64,000 bases of DNA from Eledone cirrhosa (lineage: Eukaryota), in assembly GCA_964016885.1 (NCBI GenBank), contig OZ024740.1:182838001-182902000 (forward strand), given 5' to 3'. The notes beneath the pieces were generated by a model. That model was not told the origin of the DNA, made no database searches, and saw only the letters and a list, made by a program, of their open reading frames with translations. Of the stretch, positions 37,145-49,030 are shown piece by piece. Position 1 is the stretch's first letter. The number at the start of each line of letters is the position of its first letter. Made by a program: the position numbers and the translations under genes.

Positions 37145-37221
<77 letters not shown>

Positions 37222-37256
37222 TAGATAGATAGATATAGATATATAGATATATAGAG

Positions 37257-37358
<102 letters not shown>

Positions 37359-37533
37359 TATATATAGATATATTAGATATGTCTCATATGAAATAATACA
37401 GGCAATTTTCCACGCAATACTTTTAGTTAGCACCCCAAACGCATAATTGGGAATATAATCACTTATTTCCTAATGTTTGTTGAGTGAGTTGAAATTTGGC
37501 CGGAGTATCGCTAAAAAGCTTTCTCCGATTTTG

Positions 37534-37645
<112 letters not shown>

Positions 37646-38033
37646 TAAACGGAATAGAAAATGCTGACAAATTGTTCACAGTTGAAAAATGGTTTAATTA
37701 GGAATAAAAGTGTATTAGTGATTGTATGGGTTAGTATTCAGTTGTGGTTTTAAGTTTTTAAGTTTTTACCGGTTGCGCATTTCTAAATGCTTTTCAAAAA
37801 TAATTTTGAGATAGAGTGTCCGTGCTGTTTGCTCTGATCTGATTAGTTTTCGGAATTCTACCTGTTTTTATGTTAAAAAAGTGGCTCCAATTTGCAAAAA
37901 TTCTTGTGGTCAAAACAATTTTGATTGGTCGGTAGAGGTCATGTGAATGTAAAAAATTGATTTTGCGCCAAGACTGTTTTTATGTTAAAAAAGTGGCTCC
38001 AGCAAAAAAAAAAAAAAAAAAAAAATACTGGTC

Positions 38034-38115
<82 letters not shown>

Positions 38116-38293
38116 CACACACACATACACACGCGTACATCAACATACAAAGAGACTTATATACACACACACACACACACTTCTCCGTATAAGACAAAAG
38201 CTGAAAAATATCTTTTGACATGCTAAAATACCCCCCATTGCTTTCAGACACATTCTTACTGACCATCCCTGCCACCACGAATTACTCTGCTAT

Positions 38294-38336
<43 letters not shown>

Positions 38337-38412
38337 CACACTTATCTTAATAGCCATTTGACACACATCGCTGCTAACCATTATCACAACATCGAACACC
38401 TTACTACTACTA

Positions 38413-38446
<34 letters not shown>

Positions 38447-38750
38447 TTGTTGTGAAAGAGTCATTTCTCAATCTTGGCGCAAAACCAATTTTTTATTCAC
38501 ATGACCTCTACCGACCAATCAAAATTGTTTTGACCACAAGAATTTTTGCTGGAGCCACTTTTTTAACATAAAAACAGTCTTGGCGCAAAATCAATTTTTT
38601 ACATTCACATGACCTCTACCGACCAATCAAAATTGTTTTGACCACAAGAATTTTTGCAAATTGGAGCCACTTTTTTAACATAAAAACAGGTAGAATTCCG
38701 AAAACTAATCAGATCAGAGCAAACAGCACGGACACTCTATCTCAAAATTA

Positions 38751-38787
38751 TTTTTGAAAAGCATTTAGAAATGCGCAACCGGTAAAA
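38751..38787 (+). ncRNA. Variant hammerhead-like motif in pLTR (identical copies 43393-43429 + and 37764-37800 -)
   Basis: UUU-UUGAAAA-GCAUUU-ag-AAAUGC-GCAA-CCGG-UA-AAA: U3:A8 core, GCAA in place of GAAA, palindromic ACCGGU stem III. Confidence 0.5.
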
Positions 38788-38976
38788 ACTTAAAAACTTA
38801 AAACCACAACTGAATACTAACCCATACAATCACTAATACTCTTCTATTCCTAATTAAACCATTTTTCAACTGTGAACAATTTGTTAGCATTTTCTATTCC
38901 GTTTACCAATATATAATAACTTGTGTGTTACACCTCTATTCTTTTAACTATCATATCCTCCCACGAGATACAGAAA

Positions 38977-40287
38977 ATGCCAACAAAAACGGATACAACC
39001 CTCATCAACTCAAATGAAGAGATCCTACAGGAACTCAAGAAAATCAACACCAACCTATCTTTGCTGGTCGACAAACTTGACTCCACAAATAAGGAAACCG
39101 CCACCGGATACAAACCCTCCGAAATCGGCGACAAACTCCAAAACCTTTGCGATACTATCCAAACTATGTTCACTATTACCAACCCAGGAAAAACCAACAA
39201 AGAACCATGTGAGATTGATTCACACAAAATGAAAATTCGAACAATTCCAAAATGGAACAAATCCCTCAGAGACACAAAGTTATCATTCTGGAAGATGATA
39301 CAAAATCACAACAAAGCAGAGACATATGAAAAATGGCTTAACTCAACCCCTCTAACTCTCCCCCGTAAACTACAAATAAAGTCCATTCCAAATGAACCCG
39401 AACCTCAAAGACACCTTAGGGAAAGAATGGCATTGGAAAAAATGAAGACAGAAATTGAACTTCTTAAACTGAGGGCCCAGACAAATGAGGAAAAAATCAA
39501 AACCATCGATGAAGAGATCCTCCTGGAAATCAACAACAAAACTGAAGGCCCCAAGGTAGAGAAGATCTCCAAGTTATGGAAAGGGGACTGCAACAGAGAA
39601 GAACTGAAATCCCTTCAACGCTGGGAAAAAAGTACCGCTTGGTTCCTACACTATGAATCGACTTTTCAAACGGATTACACCTCCAATAACCCGTTCATAA
39701 AAATAGGAAAACCCATAACTGAACCGCACAACAACTTCTCAAACCCCCAAGCCTCTAACAAACGAAGAAGGAAGCACCACACCGAAGATGAACTCCCCAA
39801 CCTCGCTACCATAAGAAGGAACAAAAACCCAAGAAATCATCTCCCCCAGAATGACATTTACAACTTTCCCCCTTCAAGGAGACACCATACCAAATCACTC
39901 AACTACTACGCGGATGCCTCATCGTCAAACATAGGGAAAAGATACCACCGCCATGATAGATGTAACAACTTCCCCGCTTCAAGGGGACAGCAGGGTAATT
40001 ACCATTTTCTCAACTCTCGCTTCCACAATACACAACAAACCCACACCACACGATACAACCAACAACGTAGGCCACTTATAACACCACAATACAACATGGC
40101 ACATAGAAACACACACCCATACTCGCAGTACAGGAACACCCCATTAAATCTACAACCACCAACCCGAACCACATTTTACAACAATAAGGAATATAACAAA
40201 CACAGGAGACCACTTAACATCAGCAGACAACCCCTCTACCCCAACCATTTTTTAGACACAGCACACAGATACAGGCAAACAAAATAA
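38977..40287 (+). CDS. PLE ORF1, 436 aa, putative coiled-coil protein with a basic low-complexity C-terminus
   Basis: Uninterrupted ORF from the first ATG just after the pLTR; heptad-like segments (EEILQELKKINTNLSLLVDKL; LEKMKTEIELLKLRAQTNEEKIKTIDEEIL); R/H/N/Q/P-rich tail. Confidence 0.85.
   Translation: MPTKTDTTLINSNEEILQELKKINTNLSLLVDKLDSTNKETATGYKPSEIGDKLQNLCDTIQTMFTITNPGKTNKEPCEIDSHKMKIRTIPKWNKSLRDTKLSFWKMIQNHNKAETYEKWLNSTPLTLPRKLQIKSIPNEPEPQRHLRERMALEKMKTEIELLKLRAQTNEEKIKTIDEEILLEINNKTEGPKVEKISKLWKGDCNREELKSLQRWEKSTAWFLHYESTFQTDYTSNNPFIKIGKPITEPHNNFSNPQASNKRRRKHHTEDELPNLATIRRNKNPRNHLPQNDIYNFPPSRRHHTKSLNYYADASSSNIGKRYHRHDRCNNFPASRGQQGNYHFLNSRFHNTQQTHTTRYNQQRRPLITPQYNMAHRNTHPYSQYRNTPLNLQPPTRTTFYNNKEYNKHRRPLNISRQPLYPNHFLDTAHRYRQTK
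40248..40254 (+). promoter_or_regulatory. Candidate -1 ribosomal frameshift slippery heptamer T-TTT-TTA
   Basis: In ORF1 phase (CAT TTT TTA = H F L), inside the 40218-40287 overlap with the -1 frame RT ORF. Confidence 0.65.
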
Positions 40288-42572
40288 CACAAGACAGGGA
40301 GGAGAAACCGATAGTAATAAAAATTATCAATCTTACTAGTGCAGAACCAACACCCAACCTTATCAACTTACTCTCCAAAGGTCTTAAATTCACACCGACC
40401 CCACTACGTCCTAACTACTATGAAATGAAGGAAGACATCACAGACTTCTGTAGAAAGTTACGACTTAGTGAACAACTATTCGACCGGTACAATGAGGATG
40501 AATCATTAGCCAGAAATAGAAGCAATTACACCCTTTCAAAAGGTAGAAATAAAATCCTGGACGAATTCTGTGAACACATCACAAACTTCCCTTACCAACA
40601 CTTGCACAGACAAAAACACAAGCCAAACCTCAACAAGAAAGAATGGGAAGAATTAAATAGATTAAAAACCGACAGAACCATTACAATTAAAGAGGCTGAT
40701 AAAGGGAGTACAGTAGTCCTAATGGAGACAGAATTCTATATCAACTTAGCGCTCTCCACTTTGGAAAACGAAACATACTACGAAAAGGCTGAACACTACA
40801 ATCAACAGAAAATTATGAGAAACCTAAAAACTCTAATCAACCAATACAAAGAAGGACTCACTAACAAGGAATTCAGCTTCATCACAGACTTCACAAGTAA
40901 ATCCAGCCTTTTCTACGGTATCCCTAAAGTACATAAAAGCGAATCAATAAGTAAGGCATGCAAGGAAGCCACAGACATAATCATCAATGTCCCCTCACCC
41001 AATGATCTCAAATTAAGACCTATAATAGCAGGCCCCGCTTGCGAAACGCACCGTCTTAGCAACTTCATTGATACCCTTCTCAAACCCTTCCTCAAGCACA
41101 TCAAAAGCTATATAAGGGACTACCTAGATATGCTCAATCACCTCCCTAATATGCCACTTTCTGAACAAACCCTACTAGTGACGTTCGATGTAGTCAACCT
41201 ATACTCCAACATCCCCCACAACCTAGGAATAGAAGCTATCCAATTCTGGCTGGATAATTTCCACAATGAACTCCCACAACGCATCAAAAAAGAATTCGTG
41301 ATAGAGGGACTCAAATTTATCTTGGAGAACAATTACTTCGTTTTCAATAACAAACCCTACAGGCAGAAATCTGGGACCGCTATGGGAACGAAAACAGCCC
41401 CCACTTATGCCAACCTAGTCATGGGATACCTGGAAATCACCCTCTACACTAAAGTCCTAAACAAATTTGGAAACACCCTCCACTTACACATTGAAAGGAA
41501 CTGGAAGCGATATCTAGATGACTGCTTCATACTTTGGCACGAAAACATCGAAAAACTTAAAGAATTTCACACCCTTATAAATGGGCTCAACACAAATATT
41601 AACTTCACGATGGAATACAGCCATCAACAACTCCCCTTCCTCGACATCCTCATTAAGAACCATAACAAAAAAATAGAAACACACATATACTACAAGCCCA
41701 CAGACTCCAAGCAATATCTCCCCTTCAACTCTTGCCACCCTAGACACGTTAAAATTAATATTCCCTACAACTTAGCAAAGAGAATCTGTACTATAGTCTC
41801 CAATAAAAACATCTGCTACTTACGGCTACAAGAACTAAAGGACGCACTCATAGGCAGGGACTACCCTGCATCACTAATTGACAATGGAATCCAACGTGCC
41901 CTAAAACTCAGTACCCAGGACCTTAGACACCCTAAAGTAAATCAACCAAAACTAAAAGCTCTTCCATACATCTCCACACACAACCCCCTCAACAATGAGG
42001 CCTTTGACACCATCCTCCAGAACATCCCTGTATTGAAAAAGGACCATAGAATGAACCAAATTCTACGAACACACGACATCATAAAGAGCAAAAGACAATC
42101 CAAGTCAATGAAAAACATCTTAACACATGCCAAAGTACTGCCAACCACAACAACGAAACCCACAGTAAAAAAATGCGATAGACCCAACTGTGGCATTTGC
42201 ATCAACCTAATAGAGGGTTCGGAATTCTATTTCAAAGATGGACAACGTTTTATAGTAAAACACAATTTCACATGTGCATCGGAAAATCTAATATATGTAT
42301 TAACTTGTTCAGGTTGTCGAGAACAATACATAGGCCAGACCAAAAACAGCCTCCGCCAACGCATGACTGTCCATAGATCCCAAATCAAAATACGGGAATA
42401 CAGGAAAATACCACTGAGTGAACACATTGATACCTGTGCCGCCCAAAATCATCCCAACTTCAGAATCTTTCCCCTCTACAAATTTAAAGATAATGCCACC
42501 CACACCCGGTGCATCAGCAAGGAATCTTACATCATTAACAAATACGGACCCCGTCTAAACACTTCTCCCTAA
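40254..42572 (+). CDS. Penelope-like RT + GIY-YIG endonuclease (Neptune-type), intact frame
   Basis: Frame open from 40218; IINLT..LLSKGLKFTPTP lies upstream of the first ATG (40425); ADKG, FYGIPKVHK, LRPII, FDVVNLYSNI, GTAMGT..APTYANL, RYLDD, C..CGIC linker, NLIYVLTCSGC..YIGQT..R..H. Confidence 0.95.
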   Translation, partial: RHSTQIQANKITQDREEKPIVIKIINLTSAEPTPNLINLLSKGLKFTPTPLRPNYYEMKEDITDFCRKLRLSEQLFDRYNEDESLARNRSNYTLSKGRNKILDEFCEHITNFPYQHLHRQKHKPNLNKKEWEELNRLKTDRTITIKEADKGSTVVLMETEFYINLALSTLENETYYEKAEHYNQQKIMRNLKTLINQYKEGLTNKEFSFITDFTSKSSLFYGIPKVHKSESISKACKEATDIIINVPSPNDLKLRPIIAGPACETHRLSNFIDTLLKPFLKHIKSYIRDYLDMLNHLPNMPLSEQTLLVTFDVVNLYSNIPHNLGIEAIQFWLDNFHNELPQRIKKEFVIEGLKFILENNYFVFNNKPYRQKSGTAMGTKTAPTYANLVMGYLEITLYTKVLNKFGNTLHLHIERNWKRYLDDCFILWHENIEKLKEFHTLINGLNTNINFTMEYSHQQLPFLDILIKNHNKKIETHIYYKPTDSKQYLPFNSCHPRHVKINIPYNLAKRICTIVSNKNICYLRLQELKDALIGRDYPASLIDNGIQRALKLSTQDLRHPKVNQPKLKALPYISTHNPLNNEAFDTILQNIPVLKKDHRMNQILRTHDIIKSKRQSKSMKNILTHAKVLPTTTTKPTVKKCDRPNCGICINLIEGSEFYFKDGQRFIVKHNFTCASENLIYVLTCSGCREQYIGQTKNSLRQRMTVHRSQIKIREYRKIPLSEHIDTCAAQNHPNFRIFPLYKFKDNATHTRCISKESYIINKYGPRLNTSP

Positions 42573-42927
42573 GACGAACCCACAACATACACACGTCAAC
42601 ATACATACCTACATCAACACACATCTCTACCCACATATAAACACAATGACATACGTAAACACACATGCTCTATGGTGCAACACAAGAAAATATACGTGCA
42701 CATATATATATGTATATATATGTATATATATATATGTATATATATATATATGTATAGTGAATGTATGTATGTGTATGTATGTGTATATATATATAGTGAA
42801 TATCATTTCACACCTTTTATTGTTAAGATTTTTGATGTTCTATTAAGAGAACCGATTTTACTGAAAAAATCGAATAATGTACACCATTTTACCAGGGGGA
42901 AAAAAAAAAGAAAAAAAAAATACTGGT

Positions 42928-42976
<49 letters not shown>

Positions 42977-43586
42977 CTTATCTTAATAGCCATTTGACAC
43001 ACATCGCTGCTAACCATTATCACAACATCGAACACCTTACTACTACTACTACACACACACACACGCACACACACACACACACACATATTTGTTGTGAAAG
43101 AGTCATTTCTCAATCTTGGCGCAAAACCAATTTTTTATTCACATGACCTCTACCGACCAATCAAAATTGTTTTGACCACAAGAATTTTTGCTGGAGCCAC
43201 TTTTTTAACATAAAAACAGTCTTGGCGCAAAATCAATTTTTTACATTCACATGACCTCTACCGACCAATCAAAATTGTTTTGACCACAAGAATTTTTGCA
43301 AATTGGAGCCACTTTTTTAACATAAAAACAGGTAGAATTCCGAAAACTAATCAGATCAGAGCAAACAGCACGGACACTCTATCTCAAAATTATTTTTGAA
43401 AAGCATTTAGAAATGCGCAACCGGTAAAAACTTAAAAACTTAAAACCACAACTGAATACTAACCCATACAATCACTAATACTCTTTTATTCCTAATTAAA
43501 CCATTTTTCAACTGTGAACAATTTGTCAGCATTTTCTATTCCGTTTACCAATATATGATAACTTGTGTGTTACATCTCTATTCTTT

Positions 43587-43633
<47 letters not shown>

Positions 43634-43834
43634 GGTTATGCACGAGTACATTAAGGTTTTCCAGGACACAGTGTTATGTACTGTGTAGGGGAAGGTCAGC
43701 TTACAACAGAGTGGTGCTCAACAAAATGCAGAAAATAGGTGTATATTCCAGTTTAGCATGTATAAAGAATCAGAATGAACAGAAAGATGCAGTAAAAGAG
43801 ATTTATTCGGTTCTAACCTACGTTTCAATAGACA

Positions 43835-43925
43835 TCAATTTGCCTAGATCTCGCTGCATCTATAATATTATATAGTTAGTAGAGCATTCGACATCCAATG
43901 CACAATCGATTCCATATCGTCAGAG

Positions 43926-43930
<5 letters not shown>
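43835..43930 (-). ncRNA. Hammerhead-like motif with very long stem II
   Basis: Minus strand CUGACGA..atcgatt/aattgat, ttggat/atctag..GAAACGUA; stem I weak. Confidence 0.4.
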
Positions 43931-43970
<40 letters not shown>

Positions 43971-44093
43971 GGAGGTGAGTTTTATTGTAGTACAATAAAG
44001 CAATGCAGATATCGGATAAGAAGCACTCTACAGTTTGTGGGACTGGAGTATGCATAATATAAGATCAAAAGATGGTTAAAGGAGTTCAATATA

Positions 44094-44160
44094 TTTTATT
44101 ATGCGCATTTCAAAAACAAACATCATCAAACAATAATATTTGTGTTTTCATCAGATAAAA
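44094..44160 (-). ncRNA. Canonical minimal type I hammerhead ribozyme
   Basis: Minus strand UUUUAU-CUGAUGA-stem II-GAAA-UGCGCA-UA-AUAAAA; 6-bp stem I, palindromic stem III. Confidence 0.8.
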
Positions 44161-45350
44161 CAGGAGAACATGATATGAAGGCTAAAAAAAAAAACACTTG
44201 TTGATAGTGCAGTTTTAAATCAACATATGAAAAGTGGTTTTAGATTGATGTGTGATATTGGGAAAAATATTTTATTTAGAGAGGGGGGGAGAGAAAAGTA
44301 TGAAAAGGGAAGGAGATGAGAGGGAGAGATGGGTGATAGAGAGAAAGAGATAGTTTTTATAACTGAGAGGAGATATATTTTATATAGAGGGGTTGAAAAC
44401 CGTTGGAAGATACTGTATAAATTAAAAAGTTTGAAAATTAACGAAGGGAGGATATGTGCGAGGAAAAAATATATTATATTTAGGGAGGGGGGGGGGGAGG
44501 ATGAAAAAAAGGGGAGGAGATGAGAGTGAAGGTGGAAAGGGAGAGATGGGTGATAGAGAGAAAGAGATAGTTTTTATAACTGAGAAAAAGATATAATGTT
44601 TTAATATAGAGAGGTTGGGAACCGTTGGAAGATAATGTATAAATTAAAGGAATTTGAAAATTAACGAAGGGAAATTATGTATGGAGATAGAGAGAAAAAA
44701 ATAATAATTGTGGGTGAATATTCTAACGGCAAAAGAAGAAATGTAGGAATTTTAAAATTAGCAAAGAGAAAAAGTTTATGTGTAGAAGGATTTGAGAAAA
44801 ATAATGTGAAGTTAAAGTTTGTATATTGAATTCATATGTATTAATAATGAGTTCGTTGATGGGGAGAAAAAAATAATAATAAATTAAGGATGAAATTGAG
44901 ATTAAAAAGATTTATGATAGAGAGAAAAAATAATAATGATTGCGGATGAATACTCAAAATGTCAAAAACAAATGTTATTGTTTTACGAGGAGATAGAATG
45001 AGGGTGATGAGTAAACGAGTATTATAGAGTGTATAATGCCCTTTAAAGTAAGGTAGATGGGTATATTTTAAAGAATATATGAGTATATATTAAAAAAATA
45101 TATAATAATAAATTAAGGATGAAATTGAGATTAAAAAGATTTATGATAGAGGGAAAAAATAATAATGATTGCGGATGAATATTCAAAATGTCAAAAACAA
45201 ATGTTATTGTTTTACGAGAAGATAGGATGAGGGTAATGAGTAAACGAGTATTATAATGCCCTTTAAAGTAAGGTAGATGGGTATATATTAAAAGAGGTGT
45301 ATGTATATGTGCCTTTGAGAAAAGATTCTAAATTGATAAAGAATTGAATA

Positions 45351-46842
45351 TTAACTGTATACTTTGTGAAAAGTTCTATGGAATTTATGCAGGCAGATGG
45401 AAAACAAATCCGAGCGTCTATTTATTATGGATTCTAGGTTAGAGATAATGGTAAATTTTTCATTTAGGCAGAGATTACAGATTTTAGATAGAGAGCTGTT
45501 CAAGTACGAGTTGCAGAAGAAATCTTTTTCCAAAAGATGTTATATTTAATGTTTTTGTCTTTTAAGGACCATATGAGTTCTGAGAGAGCAGTGTTAGTTC
45601 TTTTAAGTTTGTATTTGAAAGATGAATGATGATTATAGAGACGAGCTTTAAAAGAGGTGGAAGTGGAGCCAAAATAGGTGAAGGAATTGGTGCTAGTTAT
45701 AATTTTACATTCATAAATTAAGTTTTTATCGAGGCAATGGTTGTTGAGAGGACATTTATTTTTAATGCGGCAGTTGCAATTAGAGAGATTATTAATGAGT
45801 GATCTAGTGTTATCTATAGAAGGAATTGGATTGGAGAAGTTGTTTGCGATAGGAATAATAGGAATAATAGTTTCTTGATTTAGAGTTGGATTATGAACAT
45901 TTAGCGAAGTTGTGTTTGACGTTGCATTTGGGTTTACAGAAGTTAGCCTAGGGTTTACAATGACGTCAGGAGTACTATTATTGTTATTATGAAATTCAAT
46001 ATTGGAAGGAAGAGATTTAGTATTTAATATTTTGTTGTTGTGTTTAGAGATGATGTTGGAAATATTGGAGGATGTAGAATACGAAAATTTGATGGTGTGT
46101 TTGTTAAATATTTTACTATAGATATGTGAGGGAGGGAAGCATTTATTTAAGGCACTAAAAAATAATTTAGGAATATTGTTATTAATAGAGATGGAGAAAG
46201 GAGCATTATACCAGATTATGTTTTTGTATCTAGGTCTTTTATTAAAATTATTGGAATGGTTATGATTAAATATTCTACTGTAAGTTTTCCTAGAATTTGT
46301 TTCTTTATTATATTTGATTTTATCTGGATAGCCGGCTTTAGAAAGTGCGTTATTATAGTAATTGGCGTTAGCATCAAAGATGTTTTTATTAGAAGATATG
46401 TTAGATATTCTATTTCCAATATTATTAACTATAGCATTCTTGATATTGGTAGGATGGTTAGATTTAAAGTTAACATAATTAAGATTCTCATTGTTTTTAT
46501 GGTAAGGGTAATATAGGCCAGTGTCAAGATTAAGAGATACATCCAAGAAATTAGCTAGTTTGGTACTATTATCAAATTCAATTTTTAGGTTATGTTGGTT
46601 AAAGAGATTACGTATATTGTTCTTAATAATATTAAGTTTAACTATATTGCAATTTAGGATAGTAAAGAGTCCATCGTCACGATAAATTCCACCGCGAAGT
46701 TGAGGAATTTTCCGACTCAAAGAGTTCAAAATGAAGATACCAATTAAATCAGTCAATTGGGATGAATCGGATGCTCCCATTGTGATGTCGAAGTTGTTAG
46801 AGGTATCGGCTCTGGTCCAATATTCGTTGTTGAACTCTAGGA
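45351..46842 (-). pseudogene. PLE RT C-terminal half + CxC..C..C linker + GIY-YIG, one frameshift near 45510
   Basis: FDITMGA..DLIGIFIL, GIYRDDGL, NFLDVSLNL, IIWYNAPFS, CNCRIKNKCPLNNHCL, LIYECKI..YFGST..FKARLYNH, CNLCLNEK. Confidence 0.92.
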
Positions 46843-47541
46843 CGTTGTTGAACTCCGCACGTAAAACCATCCTAGAGTTCAACAACGAATATTGGACCAG
46901 AGCCGATACCTCTAACAACTTCGACATCACAATGGGAGCATCCGATTCATCCCAATTGACTGATTTAATTGGTATCTTCATTTTGAACTCTTTGAGTCGG
47001 AAAATTCCTCAACTTCGCGGTGGAATTTATCGTGACGATGGACTCTTTACTATCCTAAATTGCAATATAGTTAAACTTAATATTATTAAGAACAATATAC
47101 GTAATCTCTTTAACCAACATAACCTAAAAATTGAATTTGATAATAGTACCAAACTAGCTAATTTCTTGGATGTATCTCTTAATCTTGACACTGGCCGGAA
47201 AAAAAGCACTCAGTACTCACTGTAAATGAGGTTGGTGTTAGGAAGGGCATCCAGCTGTAGAAATCAAGCCAGAATCAGTTCCCGTCCTACCCTTGCAAGC
47301 AGGGAAAAGCGGACGGAAAATGAAATGATGATGATATATATATATATATATATATATTAATAATAATAAATTTCAAGACTAAAATCCAAAGAGGGCTCGA
47401 TAAGGATAAATCTATATCAAATATATAAGCGTTTTTTGAAATATCCAGTTCTGCGTTTACAGATTGACTTTGTTAGTTTCAGAAGATCTCGTTAAGGGTG
47501 AAAGCAGTGATTCTTTGCTTAAACTTTAATCTGTTATTTTA

Positions 47542-47576
<35 letters not shown>

Positions 47577-48105
47577 GAAAAAGGAAAAGAATGACTTCAC
47601 TTGTATTTCTAAACAATTTGATTTAATTTGATAATATGATTTGGTCAATCTTGTAAGTTAACTTCAGTGGGAAGATTTTTAAAGATTCCTGGTTAACTTT
47701 GTTAACTTTCTTGGAGAACATTCTCGTATTCGTCAGTGGCGATTGTCAAACTGAGATCAGGTTGTGTTGTGATGTGTGACTCTATATATAAGAGAGATTT
47801 GGATGTGTCTTAGGGGTTGGTGTGATGTTAATGAGTGTGGGAGTGAAGGTGTGTTGATGAAGATTTAAAGGAATTAAAGCATACATATATACACACATAC
47901 ATATATATACATATATATATACATATACACACAGAAAATAGTGAATGGTAACAGCAAGATAATTGATTGTGTGTGGTGTTGGGGTTGTTTAAAGAATGTT
48001 TAAAATAGGGGCTGTAAAGGTGCCATCCTGCTGGTTCCATTTCAATAAATGACCTTTGATGTACATAATGGCATGATGATTTTCAAATTCGTTTCTTATA
48101 GCTGA

Positions 48106-48144
<39 letters not shown>

Positions 48145-48145
<1 letters not shown>

Positions 48146-49030
48146 CATCATCATCATCATCTCATCATTTAATGTCTATCTTCCACGCTAGCATGGGTTA
48201 GATGGTTTTGTTCCATTTGATGTGGGATTGGTCGGGAGACCGTGTCTCACTCATACAGAACTGTCCCTGGCAGGTTTTCTACAGCTGGATGCCCTTCCTA
48301 ACACCAACCACATTTACAGTGTGGACTGGGAGCCTTTTTACCATGTCTCCTACATGAGCACTTTACAGTGTGGACTGGGTGCTTTTTGTTGTGTCACAGA
48401 CGCAACCACTTTATAGCGGACAGAAATGGGAGGCTGGAGTAGGGTGTGTGAAGTGACGTGTATATTGGGTTAAGAGGTGCCTGCTGATTGTAGGTTTAAG
48501 TTTGTATGCAAGGTAATGTGAGACTTCTGTACAAAGATCTCGATCCAGTGACATTGTCTTAGAAAGGTGTAAATGAGCAAGGTCAGTTTTTATTACCTCG
48601 TCTCAGGATTTTCTTGGTCTACCCACTCCATAGCTTCTATCAATTTTGATTGCTCTGCCCTTTTTTATACAGCGCTTCTCCTTCATATGCATCACATGTC
48701 CATACCAGCTCAATTTCCTCCAGAACACAACATTTGATCTCTCTTATGTTAGTCTCTCTCTCAACTCATTCATGCTTTGCCGTTCACATACATTACTATT
48801 ACACATCCATCAGAGCATACAAGCTTCATTTTTTTCTAATCTATGCAAGTCTTCAGCACACAATGCCCAGGTCTCACTACCATGTATTATCGCCATTCGT
48901 ATATAAGCATCATACAATCGGCCTTTCACTTTTAGAGAAAAAACCCTTGTGGCCAACAGCGGTATTAGCTCTCTGAATTTTTTCCATCCCAGTCTAACTC
49001 TGGCTACTGTACTTTTAGAGCACACTTTGT
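48145..49030 (-). mobile_element. RTE LINE 3' fragment (long-3'UTR family)
   Basis: STVARVRLGWKKFRELIPLL..HGSETW; shared 3' UTR and (TGA)n tail. Confidence 0.88.

Larger units (their letters stand above)
43970..47196 (-). mobile_element. 5'-truncated Penelope-like element (Hydra-clade-like) with 327-bp 5' inversion and long 3' UTR
   Basis: Coding 46842->45351; arms 46516-46842 / 46870-47196; 3' UTR with internal duplications; terminal HHR. Confidence 0.9.

Noticed and set aside
38472-38690. CRISPR-like repeat array
   Set aside because: Just a two-copy ~106-bp duplication in the pLTR; eukaryotic context, no spacers or cas genes.
46731-47225. 164-aa plus-strand ORF and the apparent N-terminus of the 493-aa ORF
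   Set aside because: Antisense read-through across the 5' inversion, not separate genes.
47690-47740. Minus-strand CUGACGA..GAAA-GUUAAC motif
   Set aside because: Cleavage triplet and stem I missing; too decayed to call.
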